A DNA stretch of 64,000 bases from Podarcis erhardii (Eukaryota): assembly GCA_964252035.1 (NCBI GenBank), contig OZ176200.1. One strand, given 5' to 3'. Within the stretch, counting starts at the first letter, position 1. Every line of letters begins with the position of its first letter. Below are positions 43,101 through 55,744 of this stretch, in pieces. A program made the translations under genes and the position numbers. The notes under the pieces were generated by a model. The model was not told the DNA's origin. It saw only the letters and a program-made list of their open reading frames with translations, and did no database searches.

Positions 43101-45555
43101 CAAGCCATTTGTTTTCTCTCATGTAAATAACCCAGTATATTCTGGAATGAGATCCTAACAACATATATCAGCTTTGCAGCCATTTACCTGGAGAGTGGCA
43201 TATGTGCAATGGAAAAGGCAACAGCCTATGTTAAATGGTGTAAATGCCCAGTTTGTTGGCCAGGACTTACCAATCCATTCTGCAGGGCAACCACCGGAGG
43301 AGATATGCTTTGTGGCGGAGGAGGTGCTCTTGCCATCTCACTGGCTCTGTGTGCAAAAAAAGATGTCAACTGTCACTACTTGTGAGGCATGTAAGATGGA
43401 GAGGGAAAATCCCCAGGGATAATCCACCAGGGTGCCTTGGAACGTAACCCCTGCGTCCATTGGGAGTTGCCTGTGCAATGCTTCCTGAAGCTGTATGGTA
43501 GGCTTAGCTGCTATAAGAAGAAAGGGTAGGGGATAAAGCAGACTCGGGCAGTTATTGTACCTGCTGGAGGTTGGCAGAGCTGCAGCAGCTCTCGTGGCTT
43601 GGTTGCTGGGTGTAGTGCTTGTAGGTGCTTTGGCAGGTTTTTGAGCTCTGGCAATCGCGGCACTCCTGAAACAGGAAACGCAACTCTTGGTAAAAGGAGC
43701 ACTTCTCTCGCCATTGCAGCAAGCCCTCCCCCTTTCCCCTGAGACTAGCAAGAATCCACTCCAGCACTATCCTTTCAGGCTCAATGTGAACTGTTGACCA
43801 TCAACATCTGGAGGGCCACAGGTCCCCAACTCGTGTGCTGGAACAACCAAGGATGGGGAGGAAACCACTGTCTCCTGAAGAATGCACACCAGCATTACTG
43901 CATGGCTGCAGGTGTATGTCTGGCATCTGCCAAGCGTTTGGCCCAGCCCTGCCCTCTGTCCCGCCTTTACCCTGCCTTGGAGAGGGAATGCCCAGGGCCA
44001 ACGCAATCATGATCCAGTGGGTGCCGGTGCTTGAGACAGAAGTTGCCGTGACACTGGTCACACAGAACCTTCATCATCTCTCGTTGCTTGCAGCCAGGCC
44101 TCTGACACTTGTTGGTAAAGATCTAGGCAGATGGACACAGTTGTGATTCAAGACAGTTGGGGGGGGGGAGGAAGGCACCCAGGACACAGCTGCTTTCTAA
44201 ATGCATACAAGAGACCTTTGCTCGTTGCAAAATGACCTCTCTGGGGCGCAAGCCTGGGCAGTGTGCATGGAGGTCCTGGACTGCCCAAATGACAAGGAAA
44301 TGCCGAACTGCAAGCCTCTAAGCAATGTGAAATTACATCCGAATTACGGTAATCCCCAAGAATGGGCCTCCAGATGCTGCTGGACTACAACTCCCATCAT
44401 TCCTGACCATGGTCATGTTGGCTGGGGTTGATGGGAGTTGCAGTCCAACAATATTTGGAGGACCACACATTTCCCCCCACCCCTGCTCTTCTAATTTGGC
44501 TGGCCCCAATCTGGCTCCTAGCCAGTCTGAACTCTGCAGCCAGACTAAACTCACTAGTGCTACTCAATTTGGATGTACAGCTCGTCCGTTATCCCAGCCC
44601 TTCAGATACCCTCCAGAGAAAGACCCACAGAAATCCCAAGCTGTGGTTGCTCACAGTTCTGCCATTGAAAGGACCCCTAACCATCTGGACCATACTGCAT
44701 AGAAATATAGCAAGCTGTGTTATATCAAGATGATTGGTCCATCTAGCTGATTGACTGGCAAAGACTCTGCAGGGTTTGGGACAGGGGTCTCTCCCAGCCT
44801 GACCTGGAAATTACAGGTACTTTTTTGTAAGAAAACACACATTCTATCACTGAATAATGGCCCCAAACCTGCTTGTGGAACCCAGAGTATGCTGGGACAC
44901 ACAATCCAGACTTCAGGCACATCAGATTTTGTGTGTGTATATGTTTTAATATTATTTTATAAGGAAATAATTTTATATTTCTATATGCATAAAATATTTC
45001 TATATGCATAGAAAAACACAAAATTAAGGTTGCATCCAACTGTTGTATGTCTACCTATCTGATTCTGATGGACTTAAAGCAACGTATCCCACAAGAGGCA
45101 GCAGAGAGGACGGATGAAGCCTCTTACCTTGCGCTTGCGCTGAGCTGGGTCTGATTTGCAGTCCTGGTCAATGTGTGCTCCCACCACAATGTCAGGCATC
45201 TCTCCCCGCTTGACAGGGATCGGGATGCTGCAGAGTGGGCACACGGGGACCTGCACATCCTAGGGACAGAACAGATAGAGAGCAGGTTACACAATGGCCC
45301 CTGGCCCACTCAATATGAGAGCATACTAGATGCTGCAGGGTCTCCTCATCTCCCAAGGTGTGCTCCTCTTCATGGTTCCAGAGGGCCATGCCTTCCAAGG
45401 AGAGTATTCTGTTCTCCATCCGCCCCCACCCCCCAATCTCCATGTTTATTTTTTAACTGACATTCAAACTTCTGTATCTACCGAGCAGGTGCAGTTTTCA
45501 CTGGCTGTTTGGGGAGATTCTTTTGGTCACTGGCATACTGTATAGATAGATAGAT

Positions 45556-45594
<39 letters not shown>

Positions 45595-48500
45595 GATAGA
45601 TATATAGATATATGTAAGGTAAAAGTAAAGGATCCATTGACGGTTAAGTTCAATCAAATGTGACTATGGAGTGCAGCACCCATCTCACTTCAGGCTGAGG
45701 GAGCCTGTGTTTGTCCACAGACAGCTTTCCAGATCACGGGGCCAGCATGACTAAACTGCTTCTGGTGCAACGGGACACCATGACAGAAGCCAGGGCACAT
45801 GGAAATGCTGTTTACCTTCCTGCTGCAGCAGTACCTATTTATCTACTTGTACTGGCATGCTTTTGAACTGCTAGGTTGGGAGAGGCTGGGACAGAGCAAT
45901 GGGAACTCACCCTGTCGTGGGGATTTGAACCACCGACCTTCTGATTGGCAAGCCCAAGAGGCTCAGTGGTTTAGACCACAGTGCCACCCGCATCACACAC
46001 ACAAACACACTTCTGAAATCTTCAGAGTTCCCCAAATAATCTATTTTGTCCATCAGTGGCCCTGTTTTAGTTCAATTTCTGTTGTCACTCACCAACTAAG
46101 TTCACTATTAAAGAGAGTGAACACCATCCCATTAAAATGTAACATCCCATTACAGGCTCTGGTTGGCATTGACCCATGACAGGGCCTGCTCAGTGGTGGA
46201 TCTCCACTTGTGGAATGCCCTCCCTGATGAGGTGTATTTGTTTCTATCATTACTAACCTTCAGAAGGAATTTTAAAATTGTCCTGTTTACTCAGTTACCT
46301 GATCCTGGAAGCTACTATTCCTGGCAACCCTGAAATCATTGGCTGGGAGAATGTTGATTGTTTCTAAACAGCTTTCATAATGTTTCTAATTATAATTGTT
46401 TAATGATGTGTTTGCTGCACAGGGAGCCTTTGAACGAATAACTGAAGTAACAAGAACAACAAACCAACAGTCCCAATAAGAAGCACTTCCAGAAAATGCT
46501 CAGATTTTGAAAAGAAACAGCTTCCTCCGCAGCAGGACAAATTCCACCCTTTGGCGTAGACAAGGTCAATGTGTTTCATGAACGTGGAGAAGGCATCTAT
46601 ACCTGATTACCTGATGCGTCAGAGTGCCATGAGCGACCATACTGTCCCCTCCAAGTTTCACTTACCTTCTTGTAAGCCGAAGTGCAGTTGTGATGGGCGT
46701 AGGCAACATGGTCAGTGCAAAACAGCTGTTCACAAGCATCACATTTCAGGGGGAGGAAATCTGAGGGGCAGGAAAGGACAATACAATGAAGAGTTGCAGC
46801 TGTCTTCTCTGCAGCCCTACACAGGACTTGCTAGGTATCCTTTATTTTAAGGGTACGTGCCAAGAACACACTGGATATGCAACCTCCCAAGAGCATACTG
46901 GAAAGGTAAGAAAAGATCTGAGCACAATGACGATGCCATAGTAACTGATGACTAACACAGACTCAAACAGGTATGCAACTAGGAAAATAAGATCCAGGCT
47001 ACCCCCTTCTGCAGCCCCTGACTGCTGGGCTCAAGTAACAAGCTAATATCCAATTCTCCCCAGGTCTCTTTAAATAAAGAGAACTAGGAAAAAGCTTCTA
47101 CAAATAGGACAGGAAGAAAGTGCATTTATTTTTGTCTTATCGAGAAACAGAGCCAGAGCCAGATTGCATGGCAGGTGGCTGAGTTGGTAGAGAAAAGCCT
47201 GGTGTGCAATAAAAGACTGTGGACAACTAAGCAAAATGTTCTCAAACATTCACACATACACACACCAAGTTCTACATAGTAGGAGGGCTTCTACTTCAAC
47301 AAACACTGGGGTGTGTGAACCCCATATCTAATCTTCCTTGGCACAAACAGTGGGACCGGTTTCAAAGCCCATCTGCATAAGAGGGCAGTTTACATTTCAT
47401 CATAGGTAGCACCCCCAGAAGGATCCCAATCCCTGACCATAGGCAGTTTCTTGCATCGGCATGATGGGGTACAATCCTTTCTGTCTGAAGCATGCAAACA
47501 CAACTAGTATTTTCTAGCTAAAAAGCACCAGTGTTAATGTTATTATCTGGGATTCCCTGAAGCTAGACAGATTGGTCTTCTTGTATGGGAGAGAGTGGCT
47601 GGGTAAGGTAAAAGTGAGGAAACCTGTGACTCTCCAGATGTTGTTTGTCTCCAACCTCCATCCCATCCCCAGTCAGTGTGGCCAATGGTTAGGGGTGGTG
47701 TAAGTAGCGACATATGAGGGACCATAAATTTTCCATTCTTGGCATAAGGGATGTGTTCATAGGAGACAGGTAGCAAAGGAAGCTGCCTTTATACTGAGTC
47801 AACCTAGCTCACTGAAGGGCAGTGACTCTCCCAAGAGTTCAGATAGAAGTAATCTTTCACAGCCATATCAGAAGATGCCAGGGATCAAACCTGGAACTTT
47901 CTGGATATTTATTTAAAAATTTATATACCGCTTAATCATTAGCATTACTAATAAACCATACAAGAAACAAAACAATAAAAATGGATAATAAAACTTAACA
48001 TAAACCCAGACATTACCTTAAAGTATCTGCTGGGATGAGAAAGTTGCAAACACATGTTTGTAACAGGAGCAGGAAACCAGATTTTAAGAAATTGTATTAA
48101 GGTAATTTGCTTTGATTTGTAATAATTTGGAAAAATAAAAAATAATTTTAAAAAAGCAAGTTTGTCATATGGCTGAAGTTCAGCAAGAAGAGTGTCTATC
48201 AAATCTCAGTTGGGAGGGAGTTCCATAAGCTTGGATTCACTATAAGGAATGCACAGCTTCTAGTAGTTACGAGACATGCATCTGAACCATGGAAGACAAC
48301 CAGCAGAGACTCCCTGAAAGATTTCAGTGATCAGACAGGGATGTAGGGGACCAGCTAATCCTTAAGATATCCTAGACCCAAGTAGCTAAGGGTCTTGCAA
48401 ATTAATACAAGAACTGTGCACCTGACCCAGTAACATGTAACAAGCTAGTACAGTGGTGCTTCGCAAGACGAAATTAATTCGTTCTGTGAGGCTCTTCGTA

Positions 48501-50783
48501 TAGTGGTTTTTTCATCTTGCGAAGCAAGCCCATTGACAGCTTAGCGGATTAGCGCTATTAGCGGTTTAGCGGCTTTTAGCGGATCAGCTGATAAGCGGCT
48601 TAGCGGCTTAGGAAAAGGGGGGGGGGAAGGGGGAAAAAACCCACAGGAACTCGCAAGACATTTCGTCTTGCGAAGCAAGCCCATAGGGAAATTCGTTTTG
48701 CGAAGCGCCTCCAAAACGGAAAACCCCTTCGTCTAGCGGGTTTTCTGTCTTGCGGGGCACCACTGTACACATTTTTAAGCACCAGGGTTGTGCTCCTGCC
48801 TCCATCAATAGCCCACCCATAGCAGTCTGCAGCAGCTGGAGCTTCTAAACCAAGCACAAGGGTAGCCCCACAGGTAGTAATCAAGAATTGAGGTTACCAG
48901 TGCATGAATTACCACAGCCAGGCTATCCCTATCCAAGAATGGCTATTGTTGATGCACCTGCCATAGCTGGTAAAATGTACTCCTAGCCACTGAGGCAATC
49001 TGAAACTCAAGTGACAAAGATGGATCCAGGAGCACCCACAAACCTGTTGTTTCAGAGGGAGAGTAACTGGCAAATGACTCATCTCTCAGACACAGGAACC
49101 ATCTATCCACAGTACCTCCATCTTCCCAGGGTTTAAGCTCAGTTTATTTGCCTTCATCCATTCCACAACTGCATCCAGACAATGTTCCAGACCAAACACA
49201 GCCTCTTGTGACTCAGATGTTACGGAGAAACAGAACTGCTCCAAACAGCAGCAGAACCATGCCCTGTGGCACAGCATAACAAAAGGACCATGGGACAAAG
49301 ATGCAATCTTTCAGTGCTATTCACTGGACATAGCCCTGTACGCAGGAATGGAGCCAATGTAAAAAGTGCCCCCAACACTCATCCCACCATGCTGTTCCAG
49401 GAGGACACTGATCAATGGCTTCAAAAGCCACAGACTGGGAGGCAGAAGCACAGGCGCATTCCACTTGTCCTGCTCTTAATACGGATCATCTATCCAAGTA
49501 ACCAAGGCTTATTCAGTCCCAAAACTGTGCCTGATTCCAACCTGAGATGGATCCTGATCGTCTGCATCCTCTAGGAACTCCAGTTCTGCTCTGCCATCAC
49601 TCTCTCTGCCACCTTGATCAATAATAAAGCAGCTGCTCTACCACTGAGCTATGGCCTTTCCCTTAAAGGTAGAGCTAATGAAAACAAAAACAAAGACTGT
49701 GCAGTGTGCTATGATCATTAGCACTTGCTCAATTTCTTCTGGGAATGAAATTTATGCCATTACTTTAAGCACTGAAGCAACTTGGGACACCAAGATCATT
49801 TATAATTTGGAAAATACCATGGGTGCGTCTCCATAGTGATGCACCTACTCACCTGTTAGCTTTTTACCAACACTAACACACCACCTAAATGGAGGCAAGC
49901 CCTTTTAACATGCTGTGCTCTACATGTAAAAGAATATGCTGGAGCCATCACGACATGCTATCCAAGCTGCAACATACTACCAGCATAACTTGTGCATGAC
50001 GACAGAAACTATTTCAGAAATTTTCTAGCTAGTTCCTAGAAGTCATCAGTACTTACCAAAACAAGATATGAATTGTTGAGAAAACAGAAGCCCTTGAAAA
50101 AATCAGCACAAAACTGCCTGCTAACACTTTCATGAACTACAGCTCCATAACATGCTCAAGGTTCATTTCAGTGGAAAATTTTTGGATAGTGTGCTTAGCT
50201 TCAAAACACATCCCTTGGCTGAAGGGCAAATCTGACTCAAAAACAAGAATTTTGATATTCAGCCCCAGAACACACACTCGTAAACAGATGCAGAAAATCC
50301 AGGTTCCCACACTCAGTAGTACAACCTGTTATGAAACACCACGCTGCTCTTTGTATTGGGGGGTAGAATGGAAGAATTCTGATGACTGTATCTGTGTCAC
50401 AGCTGCAAACAGAGTTTTGCTTGTCACCCTGTTTTAGTGGCTGTTGTTTACTGCCTACCTTGGCACAGTATTTCGTCCCTCCTCACCCCACCCTACCCGT
50501 TTTTACCTTTGTCCACTTAGCTCAGAACTGTTTGCACAAACTTCCAAAGACTCTCCACGATCTGACAGGAGCCTTTCCCAGCCCAGAGTCGAGGGACTGA
50601 ACATGAGAACTTCTGCCACACTATAATCCTTCCCAATCCCAGTCCCTTGACCTCAGTTTAGTTCCCCAAGGAGATAGAAACCAGGAAGGGAGTCCATGTG
50701 AGGCATGCAGCTAAAGACAGATTCTCACCAAGGCGCTTGCAAGACGCTTCTGAGCAGTGGGCACCTAAATCTGGAAACTCCAT
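40182..50783 (-). CDS. ZFAND2B: AN1-type zinc finger protein 2B (AIRAPL); complete, 9 coding exons, 271 aa
   Basis: Minus-strand exons: 50783-50729, 46760-46666, 45259-45128, 44122-43971, 43665-43561, 43346-43271, 41780-41704, 41107-41023, 40220-40182 (816 nt, all GT-AG). Sequence: MEFPDLGAHCSEASCKRLDFLPLKCDAC.., a second AN1 finger IFTNKCQRPGCKQREMMK..FCLKHRHPLDHDC, two UIMs (SEEEALQRALEMSLAE, EEEDLALARALSASEEEY) and C-terminal KPSNCCLS* CaaX. Confidence 0.97.
42827..42969. other. Assembly gap (143 N) in a ZFAND2B intron
   Basis: Run of N. Confidence 1.
44364..44475. mobile_element. Short palindromic MITE common in squamates
   Basis: CTCCAGATGCTGCTGGACTACAACTCCCATCA..TGATGGGAGTTGCAGTCCAACAATATTTGGAG inverted arms; partial copies at about 21960-22010, 43795-43835 and around 61395-62165. 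Confidence 0.7.
45543..45610. repeat. (AGAT)n microsatellite abutting a Sauria SINE tail
   Basis: Direct reading. Confidence 0.9.
45614..45994 (-). mobile_element. Sauria SINE, near full length
   Basis: Same family as 1148-1328, also retaining the GGATTTGAACC B-box-like part and the head; an (AGAT)n array abuts its tail. Confidence 0.85.
48451..48765. mobile_element. Tc1/mariner (pogo/Tigger-like) MITE (315 bp) with TA TSD
   Basis: TA|CAGTGGTGCTTCGCAAGAC...GTCTTGCGGGGCACCACTG|TA; internal TCTTGCGAAGCAAGCCCAT duplication and TTAGCGG repeats. Confidence 0.9.
49085..49290 (-). mobile_element. L2 LINE internal RT fragment
   Basis: Minus-strand translation LEHCLDAVVEWMKANKLSLNPGKMEVLWI matches the L2 RT domain-7 region. 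Confidence 0.8.
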
Positions 50784-52000
50784 GGCGCTGCAACGGGGCT
50801 GGAGTCAGCGAGGGATGAGGGGCAATAATCCTACCTGCTGGGGGAAAAACAGGGTTAGAAACTGCGGGATCAGAGCACAGGAGGGAGTTTTCACCAAAGG
50901 AGGGAGGAGATGCCGCAGCACCCACGGGGGCAGAGTGAGAAGAAAGAGGAGGAGGAGGAGCTGCAGCACCCATGGGTGCTTCAGCAGCTAACGAAGGGGC
51001 ATAGCACCCAAACGGTGTGGAAAGAGAAGGGAGAACAGCATTGTCGGCTAAAGATAAGCCACATAGCAGGAAGGAGGAAAAATAACCCATGAAGAAAACA
51101 GGAGAAAGCAGGGAGGGGGACAGATCAGTACCAAAAACAGCAGGTAGACTCCGCCTTCTCTGCTGCAAACAAGGAAACCTTGGCTCTTCCCACCCCACCC
51201 ACTTCCGCTCCTAGGCTCGGTGACGTCATTTTGCAAGGCCCATATGGCCATGCTATGGACATTCGAGAAATTCAATCAGACATTCCTTGTCACTAGCCCC
51301 GCCCCGCCCCGCCCCCCGCCCCCGGGAAGGAGCCCCGTTTGCCTTAGAACCGCGGAATGTTGGGAAATGTAGTAGAACGCTGGACGCGCTTCCTGGAGCC
51401 GAAGCCGCCTTCTACTCGCCTAGAAGTGGAATGGCGCGGTGTATGATGGTAGCTGAAGTCACGCGTTGCGTAGTTCCCGCTTTTTCCTTATGCCGGGCAG
51501 TTCCGTTAGCGTCCCTCATACGCTTGAGTGAGGGGAGTGGGGCGGGGTGCGCTTGCAGCCTCCGCACGCGGCATTCTGGTCCCGCCTTAGCCGGAAGTGT
51601 CTCTATGGTGACGGCGGGAGGTTCGGGTTGGGCTAGAGGGGGCCAAGCCACCGCCCGCCTCGGAGCCGGTAAGTGGGGAATGGGGCCCCGTGGCCACCAG
51701 CGCCGGGTTACCGCTCGCCTGTCCCTCCCTTCCCGTCTCCCTTCCCGAGGGTGTTGGACTCCGCGCCCAGGCGTCCCCGGTCCTGCCCTAGAGCGAGAGT
51801 TACGTGCCGGGCTCTTGTTCTCAGGCGCTCGCACGAGGCGCGAGACGACACGCGCTCCGGCGGCTGAGCTCACTCGAAAGGCTCGCGCCCTCTAGCGCCT
51901 TTTCTTTTTGGCCCCAGGCAACGTCGACACGTGGGGACCGCCAGTCTTCCTCCCCACATCCCCGATGGCGGGTTGGGGAAAGTTCTATTTCTTTCTTACT
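50700..52000. promoter_or_regulatory. CpG-island bidirectional promoter shared by ZFAND2B (-) and TTLL4 (+)
   Basis: High CpG density. Motifs: ETS ACTTCCG 51201-51207 and CCGGAAGT 51591-51598 in opposite orientations, perfect CRE TGACGTCA 51221-51228, tandem GC boxes 51296-51323, and ZNF143/THAP11-type ACTACATTTCCCA on the minus strand at 51361-51373. Confidence 0.8.
51591..51668 (+). other. TTLL4: Probable non-coding first exon of TTLL4
   Basis: Lies in the CpG island, begins near an ETS motif CCGGAAGT (51591-51598) and ends at a strong donor CCG/gtaagt (GT at 51669). The TSS position is approximate. Confidence 0.6.
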
Positions 52001-53359
52001 ACTTATAGGTTTACGGAATGGGGGGTTGAGAGGAATTCATGGGGGCAGATCTGGGCGCAGCCCTTCATCAGGCTCAAGACAGAAAAAACGTGGTCATGTG
52101 AAGGCCTGGCCTTGGGGGTTTTTTCGTGGTGAAGCGTTCAATGACTGGTCTTCCATTCCTGTGCAGGTTTTATCTCGAAACATCAGACCCATGTTTGGAG
52201 TTCACAGCCCAATGGTAGACTCGCTCTGCTGGTGAACTAGTTCTATTCGTGGGTGGGCCAGTTCACATGTTACATGTTGGCAAGCATTTTACCAGTGTCT
52301 CCATCTTGTCAGCTTTTTGACTGCTAGTTTGATATAATCAGTTGTTTATTTTTATGCTACCGCTTGTCTGTTAATAAAGCGGTATTCTCTCAAAGCAGAC
52401 CGGTTTTGTCATAGTCATCCCTTGGTCTGTTAGGTCATTACATCTCACACACACACACACACACACACCCTTTAGACAATTGCTAATGGTGTGACCTTGA
52501 TTCCATTTGCTTATGCTAGCTGCAACATTTAGGGTTTTGAAACAGATGTAGTTCAGTATATTAATGGCCCAATCTCAGAGTTTGAAATGGTGGTGATTCC
52601 TGACATGTGCTGCACTCTCTTTCCTGAATAATGTCATCTGTGCAAAACAGCTGAAATAATATGCACCTTTGCTTCCTAGTCAAGTAACTCTTAACAGCTG
52701 TGGGTAGTACAACTTGAAGACATTCCATTTTATTGTATTGACTGACATATTGCTTTATTTTGTCATATATCCCTAGTGCGTCATTTAGTAAAATGTAATT
52801 CTAAAAACCAAGGTTCCCTTCCTCTGCATTTTCTGTTGTCTTGGACTGTCCCAGTCATTGTCTGTGATGTGTTCAGGATTCAGTTTCTTGCAAGTCAACA
52901 GTTACACAGCTCTTCTCTGATTGCTGTTTTTGTACAAGGATTTTTCCAGGTAGGTTGTGTGAAAGTCATTTTCCAAAGCTATAACAATGCTTCTCCACCT
53001 CATCCAGGATGTTTGTTTCTTACACATTTTATTTCAGTTTTAAGTACTAAACCTTATTTTTTTCTGTACAGTAGTCAGTGCCGACTTCCAAAATCTATGG
53101 GGATATATCTAATGGTGCCCCTCTATGAACATAAGTGAGTCTTTCCATTCTCAGAAGGATATGTGAGTCAGCAGAGGCCTCTGCTAATGGAAGATGGAGA
53201 CTATTTTCATTGATTTCCCCTAGTAGCCCCCGCATCACCTTCTGTGCTGTTCCACCTTTCCATTAGCAGAGGCTGGATCAAAAACTCTTTCACAAATGGA
53301 AAGGCACTACTGTTGAATACAAGCCATAGTATTTTAATCACCTTTTCTTTTAGCACGAA

Positions 53360-53530
53360 TAATAGAATCATAGAATTGTAGAATTGTGGAAGGGAGCTTG
53401 AGGGGTCATGCCTGCAATGCAGGAATCTCAGCTAAAGCATCCATGACAGATAGCCACCCAACCTCTGCTTAAAAACCTCCAAGGAAGGAGAGTCCACCAC
53501 CTCCCAAGGGAAACCATTCCACTATTAAAC
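53360..53530 (-). mobile_element. Older CR1 LINE 3' end
   Basis: ATAGAATCATAGAATTGTAGAATTG tail, then AACCTCTGCTTAAAAACCTCCAAGGAAGGAGAGTCCACCAC. Confidence 0.75.
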
Positions 53531-55138
53531 AGCTTGCTGGATCAAGCCAACATGGTCCATCTAGTTCAGCATCCTCTTTCCCACAGAGTCTAACCATTTA
53601 CCTCTGAGAAATCCGGCAGCATGACATGAAGGCAAAAGCCCTCTTTTATTGTTCCCAGCATTCGGTATTCAGTATTCCTGAGTTTAGCAATGCTTCTGGT
53701 TAAGAAAATATGTGTGCCTATTTCTGCCTGACTTGTCTGCTTTGGGATTTAGTTTGCATACTTCTCTTGAAGTGTAGCGCTACCACTGTTACTATTTTTT
53801 AACATTTAGCATTTACATTACACCAGCAGTGTACTTAGTGCTAAGCAGAATAGGCAAAGGATAGTCCCTGTTCAAGATTTTACAGTCTACATTCCATGAA
53901 GGACACTTGGGTAGGTACATGTACCAAGAGGAGACTAGGAGATACTTGTTGAAATACTTTATTGCAGAGGTGGATCCTGAGGAAAGACTCAAAAAGGGGG
54001 AAGTGTCTTGACAAACTGAAAGGTGGAAGTTGTGTTTGGGTGTTATGAATTTTATGGCTAGAAGAAAGAGCATGAGTTAGAAAGGTAAAGAGAGGGGCTA
54101 AGGCAACTTCTGTGATGAAATAACCAAGTGGCCTTAGGCAAGCTGTGATTTCTTGGTCTCCCCATAGCTGCAATATCGGGAAAATAATGCTGTCCTATTT
54201 TACAAGATGACTGTGAGACATTTCATTAAGATAAGGTATGCAAAGTGTTTCAAAGCAACATAAGAACTTAACTACAAGTGAATTCATGATCTGCTTTAGA
54301 GACTTCAGTATCCTTCTCCCAGGGGTTTGGGCAAGAAACCTTAATGGTGTTTTAAGTAGCATTTGACAGGGTAAATAGTTGGAAGTATGCACTACTAGTG
54401 TGGGGCTGATGCTGGAAAAGACAAGCAACTCAGGAGAGAGTTACAGGGGTGATATGATCATAGGGAGATGAAATGGGAAAGGTGGCAAGGCAACTCAGGA
54501 CCAGATAGCTACTTGTTCTTAATGACATACAGATATAGGCTTGTATTTGGTATAAAAATGCCCAGACAGGTGAGTGTTCTTTTACTATCAGCTGGGGTGA
54601 TGGAAAATGCAATCTATCTTCAAAATTCATTTGTCTGTTACCCAGTACCCTGCCTTGTACAGTTACATTGTGCACTCTTATTAAATTATAGATGACTAGG
54701 CAAGTTGGGACATGTTAATAATTTCAGATATATACTTTTCAATATTACTGTGAAGCAGCTTTCCATATATTTTATTGGCTTGTTGTTGGAAGCCATTGCA
54801 ACAAATGGAAATCCCTGGTTTTCTTGCTATGTTTTAGGAAAACTCGCTCATATTCACTGCTTCTGCATCTAGCGTTTCCACCTTAACAGTTTCTCCCATC
54901 TTCCTATTAGTAGCATAACCCACTCATAAATGACATTCTCGAATATATTTCCTCCTGCTCTCCTCCATTTCATTGGTCAGGACTCAAACAAGCAATTCCA
55001 AGCAAAATCCCATTACAGGCTTTTAATGTTCTGGTGGCCTGATGGTGAGCTTTTGCCATTGCTTTTAAACTAGAGTGAAAAGCACACCACTCCTGCAAAT
55101 CTTTAGTACAGTCATAACAGAAGAGGGAACCTTTGGAG

Positions 55139-55744
55139 CATAGCTGTCAACTTACAGATTTGAAAATAAGGGACCAGCAGCCTTGAAAATAAGGGACTAG
55201 CAGCCAAAATAAGGGACCTGCAGCCTCACCTGTTCCAGGCACTCCAGTCTTCCTGTCCTCCTGCAGTCTAGTCAAACTCATGCTGGTAGCTTCGAGCACA
55301 CTGTCCAACCAACTTTGTAACCAGAGGTTCAACTGAATAGAATCTGAATCACATGCACCACAAGGCCTATGCAGCCTCAACTTAAGATGGCTCGCCGGCC
55401 TGGCTTTGCACTGCAAAGTTTGCAGCAGCACGTGCAACAAAATGGCGTCCAGCATTCAAAAAACCCCTCAGCTTGCATTAACTAGCCACACACAAGGCAT
55501 GCAAGCTCCACCCCCCAGTCGTTCTTAGACATCTTATTGGGTGAGCAACACAGCCAAGCAACACAGATGGAGCCTCCCTCCTCCCTGGCCGGCAGGGAGG
55601 GAGGGAGAGGAGCTGCTTCCTTTGAAATTTAAGGGATATCATTTAAGGGACATTTAAGGGACACCTATCAATAAGGGACAGCAGCGGGACATGGCGCTGG
55701 AATAAGGGACTGTCCCTTCAAATAAGGGACACTTGACAGCTATG
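55139..55744. mobile_element. Non-autonomous hAT element (606 bp) with 8-bp TSD and subterminal repeats
   Basis: TIRs CATAGCTGTCAA / TTGACAGCTATG; perfect TSD CTTTGGAG at 55131-55138 and 55745-55752; multiple AATAAGGGAC repeats near both ends. Confidence 0.9.

Noticed and set aside
50840-51131. Several upstream ATGs or a possible 5'UTR intron in ZFAND2B
   Set aside because: The TSS is unknown and the candidate donor is weak, so it cannot be supported from sequence alone.
51260-51275. Possible heat-shock element TTCGAGAAATTC in the ZFAND2B promoter
   Set aside because: The third unit is mis-spaced for nTTCnnGAAnnTTCn, and the HSF1-inducible paralogue is ZFAND2A.
51287-52235. ORFs of 140-200 aa over the ZFAND2B/TTLL4 promoter
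   Set aside because: GC-rich shadow ORFs with no homology or convincing start.
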